Source: Robbsia sp. KACC 23696
GTDB taxonomy: Bacteria; Pseudomonadota; Gammaproteobacteria; Burkholderiales; Burkholderiaceae
NCBI RefSeq assembly: GCF_039852015.1
Contig: NZ_CP156626.1
Coordinates: 1,024,249 to 1,088,248, forward strand
DNA length: 64,000 nucleotides
Reading direction: 5' to 3'
The translations under genes were made by a program, and so were the position numbers. Below the pieces are notes generated by a model. That model ran no database searches. It had not been told where the DNA came from and saw only the letters and a list, made by a program, of their open reading frames with translations. Below, in pieces: positions 21,450 to 31,427 of the stretch. Position 1 is the stretch's first letter. Every line of letters begins with the position of its first letter.

Positions 21450-22940
21450 TCATGTACCGCGCATCAGCGCTTCGATCTCGTCGGCGGACACCGGCACGTC
21501 GCGCGTCAGCAGCGTGCAGCCACTGTCGGTCACGACCGCATTGTCCTCGATGCGGATGCCGATGTCCCAGTATTCGGGCGGTACATCGTCGGCGCGTCGC
21601 ACGTACAGGCCCGGCTCGATCGTCGAGACCATGCCGGGCTGCAACAGCGTCGAGCGCGGCGCGGCCTTGCCGGCGTCCGACGACGCCTTCGGTGCCTCGG
21701 TCTGGCTGTCCGATGGCGTGGCGGTGTCGATATAGTCGCCACAATCATGGACATCCAAGCCGAGCCAGTGGCCGGTGCTGTGCATGTAGAAGCGGGCATA
21801 GGCGCGATCGGCGATCGCATCCTCCACGCTGCCGTGCGCGTCGCGTTTCAACAGGCCGGTGTCCAGCATCCCTTGCGTGAGGATGCGCAGGGCGGCTTGA
21901 TGCGCATCGTCGAAGCGCGCTCCGGGGCGAGTCGCCGCAACAGCCGCTTCGTTTGCCGCCAGGACGATGTCGTACAGGGTCCGTTGCGGGCCGGTGAATC
22001 GACCGTTCGCCGGAAACGTCCGGGTGATGTCGGAGGCGTAACCGTCGAGTTCGCAGGCGGCGTCGATCAGCACCAGATCACCGTCGCGCAGTACGTAGTC
22101 GCCCGCCGCATAGTGCAGCGTGCAGGCGTTGGCGCCCCCGGCGACGATCGACGTATAGGCCGGGAATTGGGCACCGCTGCGCCGGAAGTGATACAGCAAC
22201 TCGGCTTCCAGCGCGTATTCGGGAATCCCGACGCGCGATGCCTGCATCGCGCGGATATGCGCCTGCGCCGAAATCCGGCCGGCCGTCCGCATGCGGGCGA
22301 TTTCATGCACGTCCTTGACCTGGCGCATCGGCTCGACGATGCGTGCCAGATCGAGCACAAGGCCGGGGGTCGTCACGCGTCTGCGCCCGCGCGCGTCGCG
22401 CAACCAGCGCGCGACATCGGCTTCCAGCGGCCCGTGCGTCAGCAGGGGGTAGGCGATCACGGCCGTGCCGACGATCAGATCCGGCACATGACCGTCGCGC
22501 GCGCTATTGGGCAGGGCCAGATCGAAGCCGAAGGTGTCGCGGGCGGCCACCGGGCCGTAGTGAAAGCCTTCCCACGTTTCGCGCAGCGGATCCTTTTCCC
22601 GGCAGAACAGCGTCGAACCCGGTTGATCGGCACTGCCGCGACCACGACTGTCGATCACGAGCAGGGCGTCGGGTTCGTTGAAACCGGTCAGGTAGAAGAA
22701 GCTGCTGTCCTGGCGGTAGGGAAATTCGCTGTCGCGGCTGCGCACCGGCGCCGGTGCCGAGGCGATCAAGGCAATGCCGCCGCCGGCGGCGCGCAGTGCA
22801 TCGGCAACCCGCGCGCGCCGGGCCGCGAAGACCTCCGGCGCGAAGCCGCGTTGCGGGGCCAGGATCCACGCGCTGTCGGCGCCGACGGTGTCGGGCGTTT
22901 CGGCGGGGGCGACGGAAGCGGGAGCGAGAGGATTCGTCAT
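21450..22940 (-). CDS. pepP: Xaa-Pro aminopeptidase
   Basis: M24B motifs (…HYAAGDYVLRDGDLVLIDA…, …HSTGHWLGLDVHD…, …IEPGLY…). Confidence 0.8.
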   Translation of the reverse strand: MTNPLAPASVAPAETPDTVGADSAWILAPQRGFAPEVFAARRARVADALRAAGGGIALIASAPAPVRSRDSEFPYRQDSSFFYLTGFNEPDALLVIDSRGRGSADQPGSTLFCREKDPLRETWEGFHYGPVAARDTFGFDLALPNSARDGHVPDLIVGTAVIAYPLLTHGPLEADVARWLRDARGRRRVTTPGLVLDLARIVEPMRQVKDVHEIARMRTAGRISAQAHIRAMQASRVGIPEYALEAELLYHFRRSGAQFPAYTSIVAGGANACTLHYAAGDYVLRDGDLVLIDAACELDGYASDITRTFPANGRFTGPQRTLYDIVLAANEAAVAATRPGARFDDAHQAALRILTQGMLDTGLLKRDAHGSVEDAIADRAYARFYMHSTGHWLGLDVHDCGDYIDTATPSDSQTEAPKASSDAGKAAPRSTLLQPGMVSTIEPGLYVRRADDVPPEYWDIGIRIEDNAVVTDSGCTLLTRDVPVSADEIEALMRGT

Positions 22941-23743
22941 GGTGCGATTCTAGCGGACGTTGTTCGCAGCTGCGCGTCGAGTTCGGCCAGCTGCGCCGGT
23001 GTCCCGACATTGCACCAGGGACCGTCGAATCGCTCGCCGGTGACGCGCGCCGCCTCGATGCCGACACGCATCATCGGTCCGAGTGCGGCTGCGGGAAGGG
23101 GGCGTTGCGCGGCCAGCGCCGTGAACAGGCGCGTGTCGTAGACGCCGATATTGCCGAATGTCAGGCGTTCGCCGCCATCGAGGCAAAGCCGGCCGTCTGG
23201 CAGCAGGCCGAAGTCTCCCGCCGGGTGAAAGGCCGGATTCGGCACCATGATCAGATGCATGCCGGGCGCATTATCAGACGATTCCGCCGGTTTCGAGGTG
23301 TGGCCGTGACGCTCGGCGTCGCGTTGCCGCAGTGCCGCATAATCGAACGCGCAATAGACGTCGCCGCTGACGGCGACGAAACGCTTGCCCTGTTCGGCCG
23401 GCGTGTCGTCCAGCAGCAGGGGCAAGGCCTGGGCGATCCCGCCTGCGGTTTCCAGCGCGCGTTCCGGTTCCGCCGAGTAATGCAACGTCACCCCCCAGCG
23501 GGAGCCGTCGCCTAGCGCCGGCGCGATCAGCTCGCCGAGCCAGGCGTGATTGATGACGATCCGGCGGAAGCCGGCGCGAGCCAGTGCCTCGATCTGCCAG
23601 ACGATCAATGGTTTGCCGCCAGCCTCCAGCAATGGCTTGGGCATGCGGTCCGATAAAGGGCGCATGCGCTCGCCGCGCCCGGCCGCGAAGATCATCGCGG
23701 TGTCCATCGTCGCCAGTCCTGTCGCTTCTGTCATTACACCCAT
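22937..23743 (-). CDS. murU: Nucleotidyltransferase, MurNAc-alpha-1-phosphate uridylyltransferase-like
   Basis: …MIFAAGRGERMRPLSDRMPKPLL… sugar-1-P NTase G-loop. Immediately downstream of the amgK-like kinase. Probable true start at 23707 (MDTAMIF). Confidence 0.65.
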   Translation of the reverse strand: MGVMTEATGLATMDTAMIFAAGRGERMRPLSDRMPKPLLEAGGKPLIVWQIEALARAGFRRIVINHAWLGELIAPALGDGSRWGVTLHYSAEPERALETAGGIAQALPLLLDDTPAEQGKRFVAVSGDVYCAFDYAALRQRDAERHGHTSKPAESSDNAPGMHLIMVPNPAFHPAGDFGLLPDGRLCLDGGERLTFGNIGVYDTRLFTALAAQRPLPAAALGPMMRVGIEAARVTGERFDGPWCNVGTPAQLAELDAQLRTTSARIAP

Positions 23744-23751
23744 CGCCGATA

Positions 23752-24960
23752 CTAGAAGGTATAGCCCACTTGGGTTTCACAGCTCTCGAACTTGTCGAGC
23801 AGGCGTGCGAGCGGCCGTAATTCACGGTAACGATGCGCGACCTTGCGTGCGTAGGCGAGGAAGCGTGGCGTATCGGCCAGATAGCGGGGCTTGCCGTCGC
23901 GATACTGCAGTCGAGCGAAGAGACCCAGGATTTTCAAGTGCCGTTGCAGACCGATCCATTCGACGTCGCGGTAGAACTCGAAGAAGTCGCTGTTGACCGG
24001 CAGTCCGGCAGCCTTCGCTTCGCCCCAATACCAGGCGATGCAATCGAGCTCGAATGCCTCGTCCCAACTGAGGAAGGCGTCCCGCATCAAGGCCGCCACG
24101 TCATAGCCGATCGGGCCGTACACGGCATCTTGAAAATCGATGACGGCTGGCGACGGATCGCTCAGCATCAGATTGCGCGGCATGAAATCGCGATGTACGA
24201 AGACCTGCGGCTGCCGCAACGCGGCATCGATCAGCAACTGGCTGATCGTGGCATAGGCTTTCTGGTCCGCCTCGTCGAAGGGCCGGCCCAGGTGACGCCC
24301 GGCGTACCATTCGGGAAACAAGTCGAGTTCCCGGCGCAGCAGGGCATCGTCATAGGGCGGCAGGACGTTGGGGCGCGAGGCCGCCTGCCAGCGGATCAGC
24401 GTGCGCAGCGCATCGCGCATCAGCGGCTTGGCACGGTCCTCGTTCGTGCCGTCGAGCAGGTCGATATAGGCGGTGCTGCCCAGATCGGACAGCAGCATGA
24501 AGCCTTGCGCGACGTCGGCGGCATAGATCGCCGGCACGTGGATGCCGGCCGTCTGCATCAATTGCTGGATATCTCGGAATTCGCGCGCTTTTTCCGGTGG
24601 CGGCGCGTCCATGACGACGAGCGATCTGCCGTCGGCCGCCTGAATGCGGAAATAACGCCGAAAGCCCGCATCCTCGGACGCCAGTCGCAGTGTCCCGAGA
24701 TCCAGCGGCAGCAATGCCGGGAGTTGCGCCGCCTGCGGCGCGCTCAGGTCGGACGCATCGCTGCCTGCGGCCCCGATCGCAGTGGAAAGCCCGGCCAGCC
24801 AGAGCCGCAGCGGTTCCCGGCGCCTATCCGGCGCTTCGGATGCGCCCGGCGAGGGAGGCGCCGCGGCGTTTTCAAGCGTGTCGATCGGCGTCGTGGAGAC
24901 GGGGGCGGACGGCGTGCCGGACGGGGTATCATTTCCGGCATCGGGAGAGGGTAGCGGCAT
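23752..24960 (-). CDS. amgK: Aminoglycoside-phosphotransferase-fold kinase, anomeric MurNAc/GlcNAc kinase-like
   Basis: APH/ChoK-like motifs (…VHRDFMPRNLM…, …IDFQDAVYGP…). Paired with murU and divergent from lptD, as in Pseudomonas. The ~60-aa Pro/Ser-rich N-terminus is possibly an over-extension. Confidence 0.65.
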   Translation of the reverse strand: MPLPSPDAGNDTPSGTPSAPVSTTPIDTLENAAAPPSPGASEAPDRRREPLRLWLAGLSTAIGAAGSDASDLSAPQAAQLPALLPLDLGTLRLASEDAGFRRYFRIQAADGRSLVVMDAPPPEKAREFRDIQQLMQTAGIHVPAIYAADVAQGFMLLSDLGSTAYIDLLDGTNEDRAKPLMRDALRTLIRWQAASRPNVLPPYDDALLRRELDLFPEWYAGRHLGRPFDEADQKAYATISQLLIDAALRQPQVFVHRDFMPRNLMLSDPSPAVIDFQDAVYGPIGYDVAALMRDAFLSWDEAFELDCIAWYWGEAKAAGLPVNSDFFEFYRDVEWIGLQRHLKILGLFARLQYRDGKPRYLADTPRFLAYARKVAHRYRELRPLARLLDKFESCETQVGYTF

Positions 24961-25111
24961 AATCCAGTCAATTCGGCGAGGGGATTCCCATGCGCCCGGT
25001 CAGTTTGCAGACTTTGCCATATATAATACCCGACGAATTCTGAGACCCTTCGTCTGGATGGACTTGACGCAGTCCGGTGTAAGCCGCGCCGTTGGCGCGA
25101 TTTGATCCAGC

Positions 25112-27535
25112 ATGCCCCTGCTTGTAGCCCGATTCATGCCGCCTAGACCGCCACACCGTTCACCTTTCCTTCGACATCGCGCCCCGGCGCCGCAGCGCGT
25201 TACGCGGATTGCCGCGGCCCTGCTGGCCGCCGGTCTGGCCGCGCCGTTGCCTGGCTTCGCCCAATTGAGCGGCGACGCCGCGCAGCCCATCCCGCTGGAT
25301 CGCGATTGGGGATTCAGCCTGGCGCCGCAGATCATCGAGCGCAAGGTGCCGGAGGGAACGACCCCGGGCAGCTTCTCGCTGGGCGACAATGCGAGCGCGG
25401 ACGGCAGCCAGACGACGTTGACGGGCCATGCCGAGCTGCGCCGCTATGGGTCGATCATCCGGGCGGACAAGCTCCACTACGACGCCGATACCGATACCGC
25501 CGACGCCTACGGCAATGTCCGGATCAACGACCACGGCAATCTGTTCGTCGGTCCCCGGGCGCAGATGCAATTGGAGGCGCGGGTGGGCTATATGCTCACG
25601 CCGACGTATCACTTCAACACCACCGGCGGCAGCGGCAAGGCCGAGCGGATGGACATGGTCGACGACGAGCGCACGCGGTTCACGCACGCGACCTATACGG
25701 CTTGCGACTGCGAGAAGCCCGCCTGGTATATCAAGGCGAGCCAATTCGACGTGGATCAAGGCGAGAACGTCGGGTATGCGCACAATGGCCTGGTTTTCTT
25801 CCAGGGCGTGCCGATTTTTTACAGTCCGTGGTTGACGTTCCCCTTGTCGAATGAACGGAAGTCGGGCCTGTTGCCGCCGACTTTTTCGATCAATTCGTCG
25901 AGCGGTTTCGATACGACGATTCCGTATTATTTCAATATCGCACCGAACCGCGACCTGACGCTCCGGCCCCGGATCATGCAGCAGCGTGGCGCGTTCCTGG
26001 GCGCGGATTTCCGCTATCTCGGGACGACCTATCGCGGCACGCTGACCGGCGAATACATGCCATGGGACGCGAAGGCGAAGTTGAGCAACCGTTACGCGAT
26101 CTACTGGCAGCATAACCAGGATCTCGGCAATGGTTTCGGCGCCTATGTGAATTACAACAAGGTATCGGACAAGACCTATACCTCGGATCTGGCGAACAAC
26201 GAGAACATCGTCTACAACGGCGCGCAGCTGCTGTTCCAACAGGAAGCCGGTGTCACGTACAACAAGGGACCGTGGTCGGTGTTGACGCGCGTGCAACGCT
26301 GGCAGTCCTTGCAGAGCGATATCGTGCCGCCGTACTCGCGCGAGCCGCAAATCAATATCAACTACGCGAAGTACGACGTAGGTGGCTTCGATTACGGCGC
26401 AGCGGCGGATTTCACGCGTTTCCAGTCGTCGAACGTGACGATGCCGGAAGGCAATCGCGCCGTCCTCGATCCTTACGTCAGCTATCCGATCGTGCGGCCG
26501 GGCTGGTTCTTCATTCCGAAGGCCCAGTACCACATCGCGTCGTACGATATGACGCGGATTCCGTCGGCGATCAACGCCATCGAGCCGAGCGTTATCGCTA
26601 AAAATACCAGCGTCGCGATCCCGACGCTGAGCGTGGACACCGGCATGCAGTACGAGCGGCATATTACGCTGTTCGGCACCGATTACATCCAGACGCTGGA
26701 ACCGCGCCTGTATTACACCTATACGCCGTACCGGGATCAGTCGCAGATCCCGGTATTTGATACGGCGCCGTCGGATTTCGGTCTGGCGGAAATCTTCACG
26801 TCGAATACCTTCGTCGGCGAAGACCGTATCGCCGACGGCAGTCGTCTTACCGCTGCTTTGTCGACGCGTTTCATCAATGCGGGCAGCGGCGACGAGCGCG
26901 CGCGCTTCCTGGTCGCGCAGCAGTATTATTTCCGCGAGCAACAGACGACGATGCCGAACGAGTCGGTCAGCAATGCGGCGCGCTCCGATTTGATTTTTGG
27001 CGCTTCGTTCAAGTTGTCGAGTACGTTTGCGACGCAGAATGCGATTCAGTACAACACTGGCAGCAGCACCGTCGATCGTCTGAACACCGGTTTTGCGTGG
27101 TCGCCGGAAGATCGCAAGGTGATCAATCTTGCCTACCGTTACACGCGTCCGAACCCGACCAATCTTGCCAGCACTTACTTGACGACCGGCATCAAACAAA
27201 TCGTGGCATCCGCGCAGTGGCCGATCTCGCGTAATGTGTACGCGGTGGGTCGGATCAACTACGCCTTCGATTCGCACCGTCTGGTGGACGGGCTGATCGG
27301 TATGCAATACGACGCACCGTGCTGGGTGCTCGGCGTCGCTTTCCAGCAGTATGCAAGCGGGATCAACAGCAGCGGCCAACCGGCGTCGGGCAAGCGTGTG
27401 CTCGTGCAACTGACGCTGAAGGGCCTGGCAAACGTCGACAACGGCCTGGTCACGGCCTTCCGCAACAGCGTGCCGGGTTACGTACCGCCGCCGCCGCCGG
27501 CCGCGCCGTTGTCGCGATTCTCCGACTATGACTGA
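25112..27535 (+). CDS. lptD: LPS-assembly outer-membrane protein LptD
   Basis: 807 aa, signal peptide, N-terminal OstA domain and large beta-barrel. Followed by surA-pdxA-rsmA. Confidence 0.9.
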   Translation: MPLLVARFMPPRPPHRSPFLRHRAPAPQRVTRIAAALLAAGLAAPLPGFAQLSGDAAQPIPLDRDWGFSLAPQIIERKVPEGTTPGSFSLGDNASADGSQTTLTGHAELRRYGSIIRADKLHYDADTDTADAYGNVRINDHGNLFVGPRAQMQLEARVGYMLTPTYHFNTTGGSGKAERMDMVDDERTRFTHATYTACDCEKPAWYIKASQFDVDQGENVGYAHNGLVFFQGVPIFYSPWLTFPLSNERKSGLLPPTFSINSSSGFDTTIPYYFNIAPNRDLTLRPRIMQQRGAFLGADFRYLGTTYRGTLTGEYMPWDAKAKLSNRYAIYWQHNQDLGNGFGAYVNYNKVSDKTYTSDLANNENIVYNGAQLLFQQEAGVTYNKGPWSVLTRVQRWQSLQSDIVPPYSREPQININYAKYDVGGFDYGAAADFTRFQSSNVTMPEGNRAVLDPYVSYPIVRPGWFFIPKAQYHIASYDMTRIPSAINAIEPSVIAKNTSVAIPTLSVDTGMQYERHITLFGTDYIQTLEPRLYYTYTPYRDQSQIPVFDTAPSDFGLAEIFTSNTFVGEDRIADGSRLTAALSTRFINAGSGDERARFLVAQQYYFREQQTTMPNESVSNAARSDLIFGASFKLSSTFATQNAIQYNTGSSTVDRLNTGFAWSPEDRKVINLAYRYTRPNPTNLASTYLTTGIKQIVASAQWPISRNVYAVGRINYAFDSHRLVDGLIGMQYDAPCWVLGVAFQQYASGINSSGQPASGKRVLVQLTLKGLANVDNGLVTAFRNSVPGYVPPPPPAAPLSRFSDYD

Positions 27536-27599
27536 CAAGCGTGATACTCTCGCGATTTGATTTTTTGCCGAATGCGGTAACCCGAAGGAGTCGACGTTC

Positions 27600-28976
27600 G
27601 TGATGGTGAAGACTGTACGGCTGGCCTGGCTGGCCAGCGCAACGATGATGGCCGGTATGCTCGGCGCGACAGCGCCCGCACACGCGCAGGCCTTGCAGGG
27701 CGCGACGTCGAAGAGCGTGCGCCCGACGGGACCCGGCGTCGAGGTCGATCGGATCGTCGCGATCGTCAACAACGGCGTGATCACCGAGCGGCAACTCGAC
27801 CGTCGCATGCAAATGGTCAAGAACCGCATGCAAGGGCAGGCGGGTGTGCAGGTGCCCCCGGACGCCGATTTGCAGCAGCAGGTGCTGCAGCAGATGATCA
27901 TGTCCGAAATCCAGTTGCAGCAGGCCGATCAGGATGGAATCCAGATCAGCGATGCGCAGGTGGATCAGACGCTCGAGCGTCTGGCTCAGGCCAACGGGCT
28001 GCCGCTTCCCGAATTCCGTGCACGCGTCGAGGCACAAGGCGTAGAGTGGGATACGTTCCGCAGCGATGCGCGCGATGAAATGACGCTGAACGAGCTGCGC
28101 CGCCGCGAGGTGGACAGCAAGATCACCGTGTCCGACGGCGAAGTGGCGAACTACATCGCAAGTCAGCACGGCGTCAGCACGACGCCGCCGGACCTGCAGA
28201 TCGCGCATTTGTTGGTGCCGGTGGCGGCGAACGCCAGCGACGCCCAGGTGCAGGCAGCACAGCAAAAGGCTGCCGGTCTGATCAAGGACGCGCGCAGCGG
28301 CGACAATTTCGCACGCCTCGCCCGCTCGAATTCGGCGGCCGCCGATGCGAAGAAGGGCGGCGACCTCGGCTTCAAGGCACAGGCGGCGTTGCCGCCGGCC
28401 TATGTCGAGGCGGCGTCGCGCCTTGCCCCGGGTCAGGTCGCACCGGAGCCGATCCGCACCGCTGACGGTTTCGAGGTCGTCCGCCTGGAGGCGCGCCGTC
28501 CGGCCGCCAATCCGGTGGACCAGATCACGCAGACCCATGTCTCGCACATCCTGATTCGTGTCGAGGAAGGCGGCAACGAAGGCGCGGCCTTGCAGAAGCT
28601 GCAGGCGGTAAAGCGGGATATCGAAGCCGGCAAGGGCACGTTCGCGGACTTCGCGCGGACCACCTCGCAGGACGGTTCGGCCGGGAATGGCGGCGATCTG
28701 GGCTGGATCAATCCGGGTCAGACGGTGCCGGAATTCGAGCGCGTCATGAATACGCTGCAGCCGGGTCAGATCAGCAATCCGGTGCGCTCGCGCTACGGCT
28801 ATCACTTGATCGAAGTTCTGGGACGTCGTCAGGTTTCGGCGTCACCGGCCGAACAGGAAGACGCCGCGCGTCAGGCCGTCGGTTCGCGTAAATCCGAACA
28901 GTCGTACGGCGACTGGTTGCGTCAGTTGTATGATTCGGCCTACGTCAAGGTCCTGCTGAATCAGCCGGATAGTTGA
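27600..28976 (+). CDS. surA: Periplasmic chaperone / peptidyl-prolyl isomerase SurA
   Basis: Signal peptide. Two parvulin domains (…GGDLGF… / …GGDLGWI…). Confidence 0.9.
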   Translation: MMVKTVRLAWLASATMMAGMLGATAPAHAQALQGATSKSVRPTGPGVEVDRIVAIVNNGVITERQLDRRMQMVKNRMQGQAGVQVPPDADLQQQVLQQMIMSEIQLQQADQDGIQISDAQVDQTLERLAQANGLPLPEFRARVEAQGVEWDTFRSDARDEMTLNELRRREVDSKITVSDGEVANYIASQHGVSTTPPDLQIAHLLVPVAANASDAQVQAAQQKAAGLIKDARSGDNFARLARSNSAAADAKKGGDLGFKAQAALPPAYVEAASRLAPGQVAPEPIRTADGFEVVRLEARRPAANPVDQITQTHVSHILIRVEEGGNEGAALQKLQAVKRDIEAGKGTFADFARTTSQDGSAGNGGDLGWINPGQTVPEFERVMNTLQPGQISNPVRSRYGYHLIEVLGRRQVSASPAEQEDAARQAVGSRKSEQSYGDWLRQLYDSAYVKVLLNQPDS

Positions 28977-29098
28977 TCTGACGCGGACGCCGCCGACCCT
29001 TGAGCCTGACGGCGCAGTCTGCAAGCGCTCGCGGGCGTTGGCTTAGGGCAACGGCGGATCGGCGGTCCGGATGGACATGAAAAGTGAGCGGGTCTGGG

Positions 29099-29157
29099 AA
29101 CCAGGGGGCGATAACGGCATGAGGCCGGCGATCGCCCCCTGGTTCTTTTGGTTTTTT
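29099..29157 (+). terminator. Strong rho-independent terminator (14-bp perfect stem AACCAGGGGGCGAT/ATCGCCCCCTGGTT + CTTTTGGTTTTTT) between surA and pdxA
   Basis: Perfect inverted repeat and U-tract. Confidence 0.65.
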
Positions 29158-29194
29158 CAGAGAAGCATGAGTACCGAGAGGACGGAGCGCGGCG

Positions 29195-30439
29195 ATGGAT
29201 GCAACAGGCGCTGACGGACCAGCAGTGCGCGGTCAGGCGCTGACGCTGGCGATTACCACGGGTGAGCCGGCGGGCATCGGGCCGGAGCTGACGCTGGCGG
29301 CATTGGCCTACGGCGCGCGCACGCGACGATGGGGCGCGTGTCGGTTTGTCGTGCTGGGCGATGCCGTCCTGCTGGCCGAGCGGGCCCGTGCGGCCGGGCT
29401 GGACACGGCGTGGGTATCGGCCGCCGGGACACCCGACGCGTCCGCGTCGGCGTCGGATCAGTGCTTTATCGTCGAAGGGCCGACGGTGGATGCCGCGGTG
29501 ACCCCGGGCGTGCTCGATCCGCGCAATGGTCCCTATGTGCTGCGCCTGCTGGATCTGGCGATCGACGGCGCGTTGTCGGGCGCCTACGATGGCATCGTCA
29601 CCGCGCCTTTGCAAAAAAGTACGATCAACGATGCCGGCGTGCCGTTCACCGGCCATACCGAATATCTGGCCGAGCGCACCGGCACCGAGCAGGTCGTGAT
29701 GATGCTGGCGGGGCCGGTTTCTTCGTCGGCGCACGGGGCGGTCTTGTCCGCGAACGCAAGCGGGGCGGGCGTCGATCCGGAGAGTCACGCCGGCGGCAAT
29801 GGGGCGGAGGCGCCGGTCCTGCTCTCCCCGAGCGATGCGCGCCTTGCGGCGTCGTATATGTTCCGCGTGGCGTTGGCGACCACTCACTTGCCTTTGTCGC
29901 AGGTGCCACAGGCCTTGAATGTCGACATGCTGGTCCGCACGCTGGAGATCATCGATGCGGATCTGCGCCGCGATTTCGCGATTGCCCAGCCGCAGATCCT
30001 GGTGACCGGACTGAATCCCCATGCCGGCGAAAGCGGTTATCTCGGCCGGGAAGAAATCGATGTGATCGCGCCTGCGCTGGCGCGTGCTCGCCAGGCCGGA
30101 ATCGACGCGCGTGGCCCGTATCCGGCCGATACCCTGTTCCAGCCGCGTCATCTGGCCGATGCCGATTGCGTGCTGGCGATGTATCACGACCAAGGTTTGC
30201 CGGTGTTGAAGTACGCGACGTTCGGCGAAGGTATCAACGTCACGCTGGGATTGCCGATCGTGCGTGTGTCGGTCGATCATGGCACGGCACTGGATCTTGC
30301 CGGCACCGGCCGGGCGGATCCGGGCAGTATGCTGGCCGCCATCGACACCGCCGTGCAGATGGCACGCAACCGCCGCGCGCATCAGGATCGGCCGATGGGC
30401 TCGTCCGTTGGCGCGCCGGTGCCCGATGTTTCAAAGTAG
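29195..30439 (+). CDS. pdxA: 4-hydroxythreonine-4-phosphate dehydrogenase
   Basis: …[11 protein letters not shown]…, …GHTEYLA…, …LNPHAGE…, …MYHDQGL…. Carries a ~60-aa low-complexity insertion relative to canonical ~330-aa PdxA. Confidence 0.85.
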   Translation: MDATGADGPAVRGQALTLAITTGEPAGIGPELTLAALAYGARTRRWGACRFVVLGDAVLLAERARAAGLDTAWVSAAGTPDASASASDQCFIVEGPTVDAAVTPGVLDPRNGPYVLRLLDLAIDGALSGAYDGIVTAPLQKSTINDAGVPFTGHTEYLAERTGTEQVVMMLAGPVSSSAHGAVLSANASGAGVDPESHAGGNGAEAPVLLSPSDARLAASYMFRVALATTHLPLSQVPQALNVDMLVRTLEIIDADLRRDFAIAQPQILVTGLNPHAGESGYLGREEIDVIAPALARARQAGIDARGPYPADTLFQPRHLADADCVLAMYHDQGLPVLKYATFGEGINVTLGLPIVRVSVDHGTALDLAGTGRADPGSMLAAIDTAVQMARNRRAHQDRPMGSSVGAPVPDVSK

Positions 30440-30448
30440 AGTCAAATC

Positions 30449-31336
30449 ATGAGTGGATCGAATCGCAGCCCGGTTCAGGGGCATATTGCGCGGAAGCGTT
30501 TTGGACAGAATTTCCTGGTCGACAAGGGGGTCATCGACGGCATCGTCCGATGCATCGCACCGCGTGCCGGCGAAACGATCGTCGAAATCGGCCCGGGCCT
30601 GGGCGCGTTGACGACGCCGCTGTTGGAGACGCTGGAGGCGGCAAAGCGCGCGGGCGGCGAGGCTGAGGCTGCTCGCTATGAGCCACTGCACGTCGTCGAG
30701 TTGGATCGCGATCTGATCAAGCGTCTGCATTCGACCTTCGGCACGCGGTTGACGGTGCATGAAGGCGATGCGCTTAACTTCGACTTTGCCAGCCTGGCGC
30801 ATCGCGGCGGTGCCGACGCCACAGCAGCGCTCGAGGCGGTGCCGTCGCTGCGCGTGGTCGGCAACCTGCCGTACAACATATCCAGTCCCTTGCTGTTCCA
30901 TCTGATGCGGGTGGCCGATCGCGTGATCGACCAGCACTTCATGTTGCAAGACGAAGTGGTCGAACGGATGGTCGCGGAGCCCGGCAGCAAGGCGTACAGC
31001 CGTCTGAGCGTGATGCTGCAATATCGCTACGCGATGGAGAAGTTGATGGACGTGCCGCCGGGCTCGTTCGATCCGCCGCCCAAGGTCAATTCGGCCATCG
31101 TGCGGATGTTGCCGCATCGGGTGGTGGATTTGCCCGACGTCGATCAGGGCGTGTTCTCGTCGGTCGTGACGGCGGCTTTCTCGCAGCGGCGCAAGATGTT
31201 GCGCAACACCTTGAGCGTCTATCGCGATCAAATCGATTTCGATGCGATCGGCTTCGACCTGTCGCGCCGTGCCGAAGACGTGCCGGTCAGCGAGTATGTG
31301 GATGTCGCGCAGCGGGTTCAAGCGGCGCGCGCATAA
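30449..31336 (+). CDS. rsmA: 16S rRNA (adenine1518/1519-N6)-dimethyltransferase
   Basis: …KRFGQNFL… N-terminus, SAM-binding [10 protein letters not shown], …[12 protein letters not shown]…. Confidence 0.9.
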   Translation: MSGSNRSPVQGHIARKRFGQNFLVDKGVIDGIVRCIAPRAGETIVEIGPGLGALTTPLLETLEAAKRAGGEAEAARYEPLHVVELDRDLIKRLHSTFGTRLTVHEGDALNFDFASLAHRGGADATAALEAVPSLRVVGNLPYNISSPLLFHLMRVADRVIDQHFMLQDEVVERMVAEPGSKAYSRLSVMLQYRYAMEKLMDVPPGSFDPPPKVNSAIVRMLPHRVVDLPDVDQGVFSSVVTAAFSQRRKMLRNTLSVYRDQIDFDAIGFDLSRRAEDVPVSEYVDVAQRVQAARA

Positions 31337-31427
31337 GCGCGGCTTCGATGCTTGCATCATGGCTGTCCTGACGCGATCGCCTTGATCGCGACGGCAGGTA
31401 TCGTGCAGTAAGAAAAGGGGACGCGCA

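Noticed and set aside
25160-27901. 913-aa minus-strand ORF spanning lptD/surA antisense
   Set aside because: Antisense artefact. Both + strand genes have clear signal peptides and conserved domains.
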